Assembly: GCA_036172245.1 (NCBI GenBank)
Contig: JAYWIR010000001.1
Span: 10,850,001-10,914,000, forward strand
Reading direction: 5' to 3'
DNA length: 64,000 nt
Source: Raillietiella orientalis
Taxonomy: Eukaryota
A program made the position numbers and the translations under genes. Of this stretch, positions 61,611 through 64,000 are shown piece after piece. The notes beneath the pieces are model-generated. The model was not told the origin of the DNA and did no database searches. It was given only the letters and a program-made list of their open reading frames with translations. The first letter of the stretch is position 1; each line of letters opens with the position of its first letter.

Positions 61611-64000
61611 TGTGCACTGTGGGAGTAGTTCCACTGAATGCCAAGTCTCTTCGAGGCTTTCCGGACACCGGACCAAAAGTCTGCAGGAACCCTTGTTTGG
61701 TGATGTAGGGGTGGAGCGCGGTCCCCGCTCAGATATGCCGAGGAGAATTGTGCATCTGGCTGTTGTCGCTCTTTTGCCCGGATGGCCTCATTCAGGGAGT
61801 CTCTGGCGAACTGACGAATAACCGCGTCAGGACACGTTAAGAGTTTAAACGCGGAGTCGGTGGCCACGATATCAGCCTCCTCCACCAGGATCAGCATGCC
61901 CAGGAGGGATCCTCGGGCCACACAGCCGTACAGATACTCCGTCGAGGAGGCTTTTGCGTCAGCGGAAGGATCTCTTGGAGCGCTTTCTTGAGAATGTTGT
62001 CAATCTCACTCCAGAAAGTCATGGATTTAGAGCCCATTCGAAGGGAATGGACAAAGGAGAGGAAGACAAATGTCTTCAGGGCATCGATCTCCTGCCACAA
62101 TGCCAGTGGCGCATCGAAAACTGTGTCCACATCGTCCAGTATGTCGGTGTAGAGCGCATGGCTCCGAATAGCATCGAAGTCCACAGGCTTTCCGAGATAG
62201 TTGCATGTGCGAGCGTCTTTGAGAGCGGGTGTGGGATCGCCAGCGATCTCAAAAGACATCTGTCTGACTGTTCTGGGAGTGGACACGTCGTAGTGGAATG
62301 AGGCACGTTTTCTGGCATTTATCGACAGCCCTAAACTCTAGAGATACAGCGCGTGTACTTGCAAGCTCTCGGCGTCCTTTGTTAAGACAACCAGGTCATC
62401 CGCATAAGCTAGCAGTGTCACTCCGGACACTTTTGTCTTGATGCCCTGGCATGTGGGTTTTATGGCTACTTCGAACAGTAGTCCAGAGAGAGTGCGGCCC
62501 TGCTTTACCTCACTAGAGATGTACATGGGCGGAGAGAGCCCGGTAGAGGTCAAAACCTAGGTAGGTGGTGTTGTCTGTGTACATGTCGCAAATCAGTTCC
62601 ACAGAAGTGTTGCCTGTTCCGGCACAGTGGAACGCACAAGGAAGCTGTGAATGGGGGATCGAGGCAAAAGCGTCCTCTAGATCCATCCACGCCGCACAGA
62701 GTGTGAGATGCTGCCTCCGGCTATAGTCCATGAGATGCGCAAGCACAAAGTTATGCTCTCGCACCCCCCATCGAAGGGAAAAAAAAATCCCCTTTCATGA
62801 GGACCTATAACCGCGTTCCAGTGAATCCAATCTCGCATGCGCCTGGCCATGCATTTGGTAAAAATCTTGGTCAGCAGCTATGCCGAAGTCCCAAGGGAAC
62901 GGCTGAAGGCAGGAGATGCACCGAAGAACTTGGAGAGGGTGCGTATGGATGCTTGCGGGGCCGACCCTGTGGGTATCCCGTTGAGGACAAGTCGAATCGC
63001 ACGTCTCCGATTCCTGCTATGTAGGCGCTGAATAGCCCTTGGGGTTGGATGGCAATCGATTGAAGCGAGAAGGAACGGAGGCGAAGAGCGTGTCGAATGG
63101 TCGTGTAGATGGAGAAGAGAGTTCGCACAGCCAGCCTCAACTGTCAATGGTCGGAGGACGCTGAGCTAAGTCATCTCGAGTTTGGGTAGCCTCGTCAAGG
63201 AATGCCACGGGACTCAGCGCATTGCGGGCTATCAAACAACGTTGTCCTCGACGGCGCCCTTGCACGCGTGCTCGTCCAAGGATGACTCGGAGCTACATTC
63301 TCCTAGGGGTGAGGCTCGCTTGCATCAACGAGCAGGACGAATCTGGATCCAGAGGACGGGCGGTGATCCTTGCCTCTGTTCAGATTCCCCGCTCTGAGGG
63401 TGGCGGGTCCGAGTACGCGTGGCCTGTGGATGGTTAGCATTGAGCGGCATTCGGCGGCTACGTGCTCGCACTGTTTGCCACTCCTGCTCAAGAGGCGGGC
63501 GGGGGCCGGCGGGACAGGCGGTTGCGCACGCTCAGATCTTGGTAGAAGAACCGTGTCTGGAGCGTCGCGCGACCCCTTCCGTGGGTCTGCTGGCCTACCT
63601 GTGCGAGGCCGCAGGTGGCCGCGCGCGACATCCTCACGGTAGTCTGACCGAGGCCGCGTGGCTCTATCAGCGCTGGGAGGCAACGTTGGCTGGCCGCCGC
63701 GGATGCGTGGTTGTTGATGCCGGCGTTCCTGTCTGCCCGGAGCATCATGCCATCATGCTACGGTGGTTGGAAAGCGCCTTCTGGTTATGGAATCGTTGGC
63801 CGCAGTTGGCAGCTGGGCAGACAAGTGGAGGAGGCAGAGCAAAGGGTCGAAGAGGTCTGGGGCCACAACGATGCCTCCACAGAGGAGGAGTTGAGTGCTT
63901 GTCGCACTGCCTGCAGATAAAGTAGGTTCCGTTGTTATCGGAATCCCGTGCGCGGTATGAATGTGTCGCCGGAGCGATCCTAGGACGCGTTTGGATTCCA
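61611..64000 (-). mobile_element. Degenerate early-branching (RLE-type; NeSL/Utopia/R2-like) non-LTR retrotransposon RT region
   Basis: KGF..GVREHNF, AWMDLEDAFASIPH, VKQGRTLSGLLF, LLAYADDLV, YLGKPV, APLALWQEIDALKTF and DSAFKLLTCPD, with Cys/His-rich remnants near 63900. There are many frameshifts, and the C-terminal nuclease is missing. Confidence 0.8.

Noticed and set aside
1-64000. CRISPR arrays, rRNA genes, prokaryotic operons or endogenous viral genes
   Set aside because: None were seen. The DNA is eukaryotic and intron-containing, with no regularly spaced repeats.

Overview
Eukaryotic animal DNA, probably arthropod (organism not identifiable from sequence alone), with very short GT-AG introns, mostly 40-55 bp. 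I reconstructed five spliced genes by hand. They are a fatty-acid elongase (ELOVL, minus), two head-to-head NPC1 sterol-transporter paralogs of opposite base composition (GC/CpG-rich on minus, AT-rich and CpG-poor on plus), TFIIH p34/GTF2H3 (minus), and a 9-exon secreted pepsin-family gene. The pepsin-like gene is missing from the ORF track, lacks a propeptide and has DST in place of the first DTG motif. The rest is GC-rich, microsatellite-rich intergenic DNA with many remnants of one L1/Tx1-like non-LTR family, plus a degenerate NeSL/Utopia/R2-like element at the right end. Five diverged copies of the L1/Tx1-like family end not in poly(A) but in a 33-nt cassette: AATAAA, a 5-bp stem-loop, then TGA(T/G)AAnCA. 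Most long ORFs in the supplied track are GC-content or antisense artefacts. All coordinates and translations were read by eye and no searches were run.
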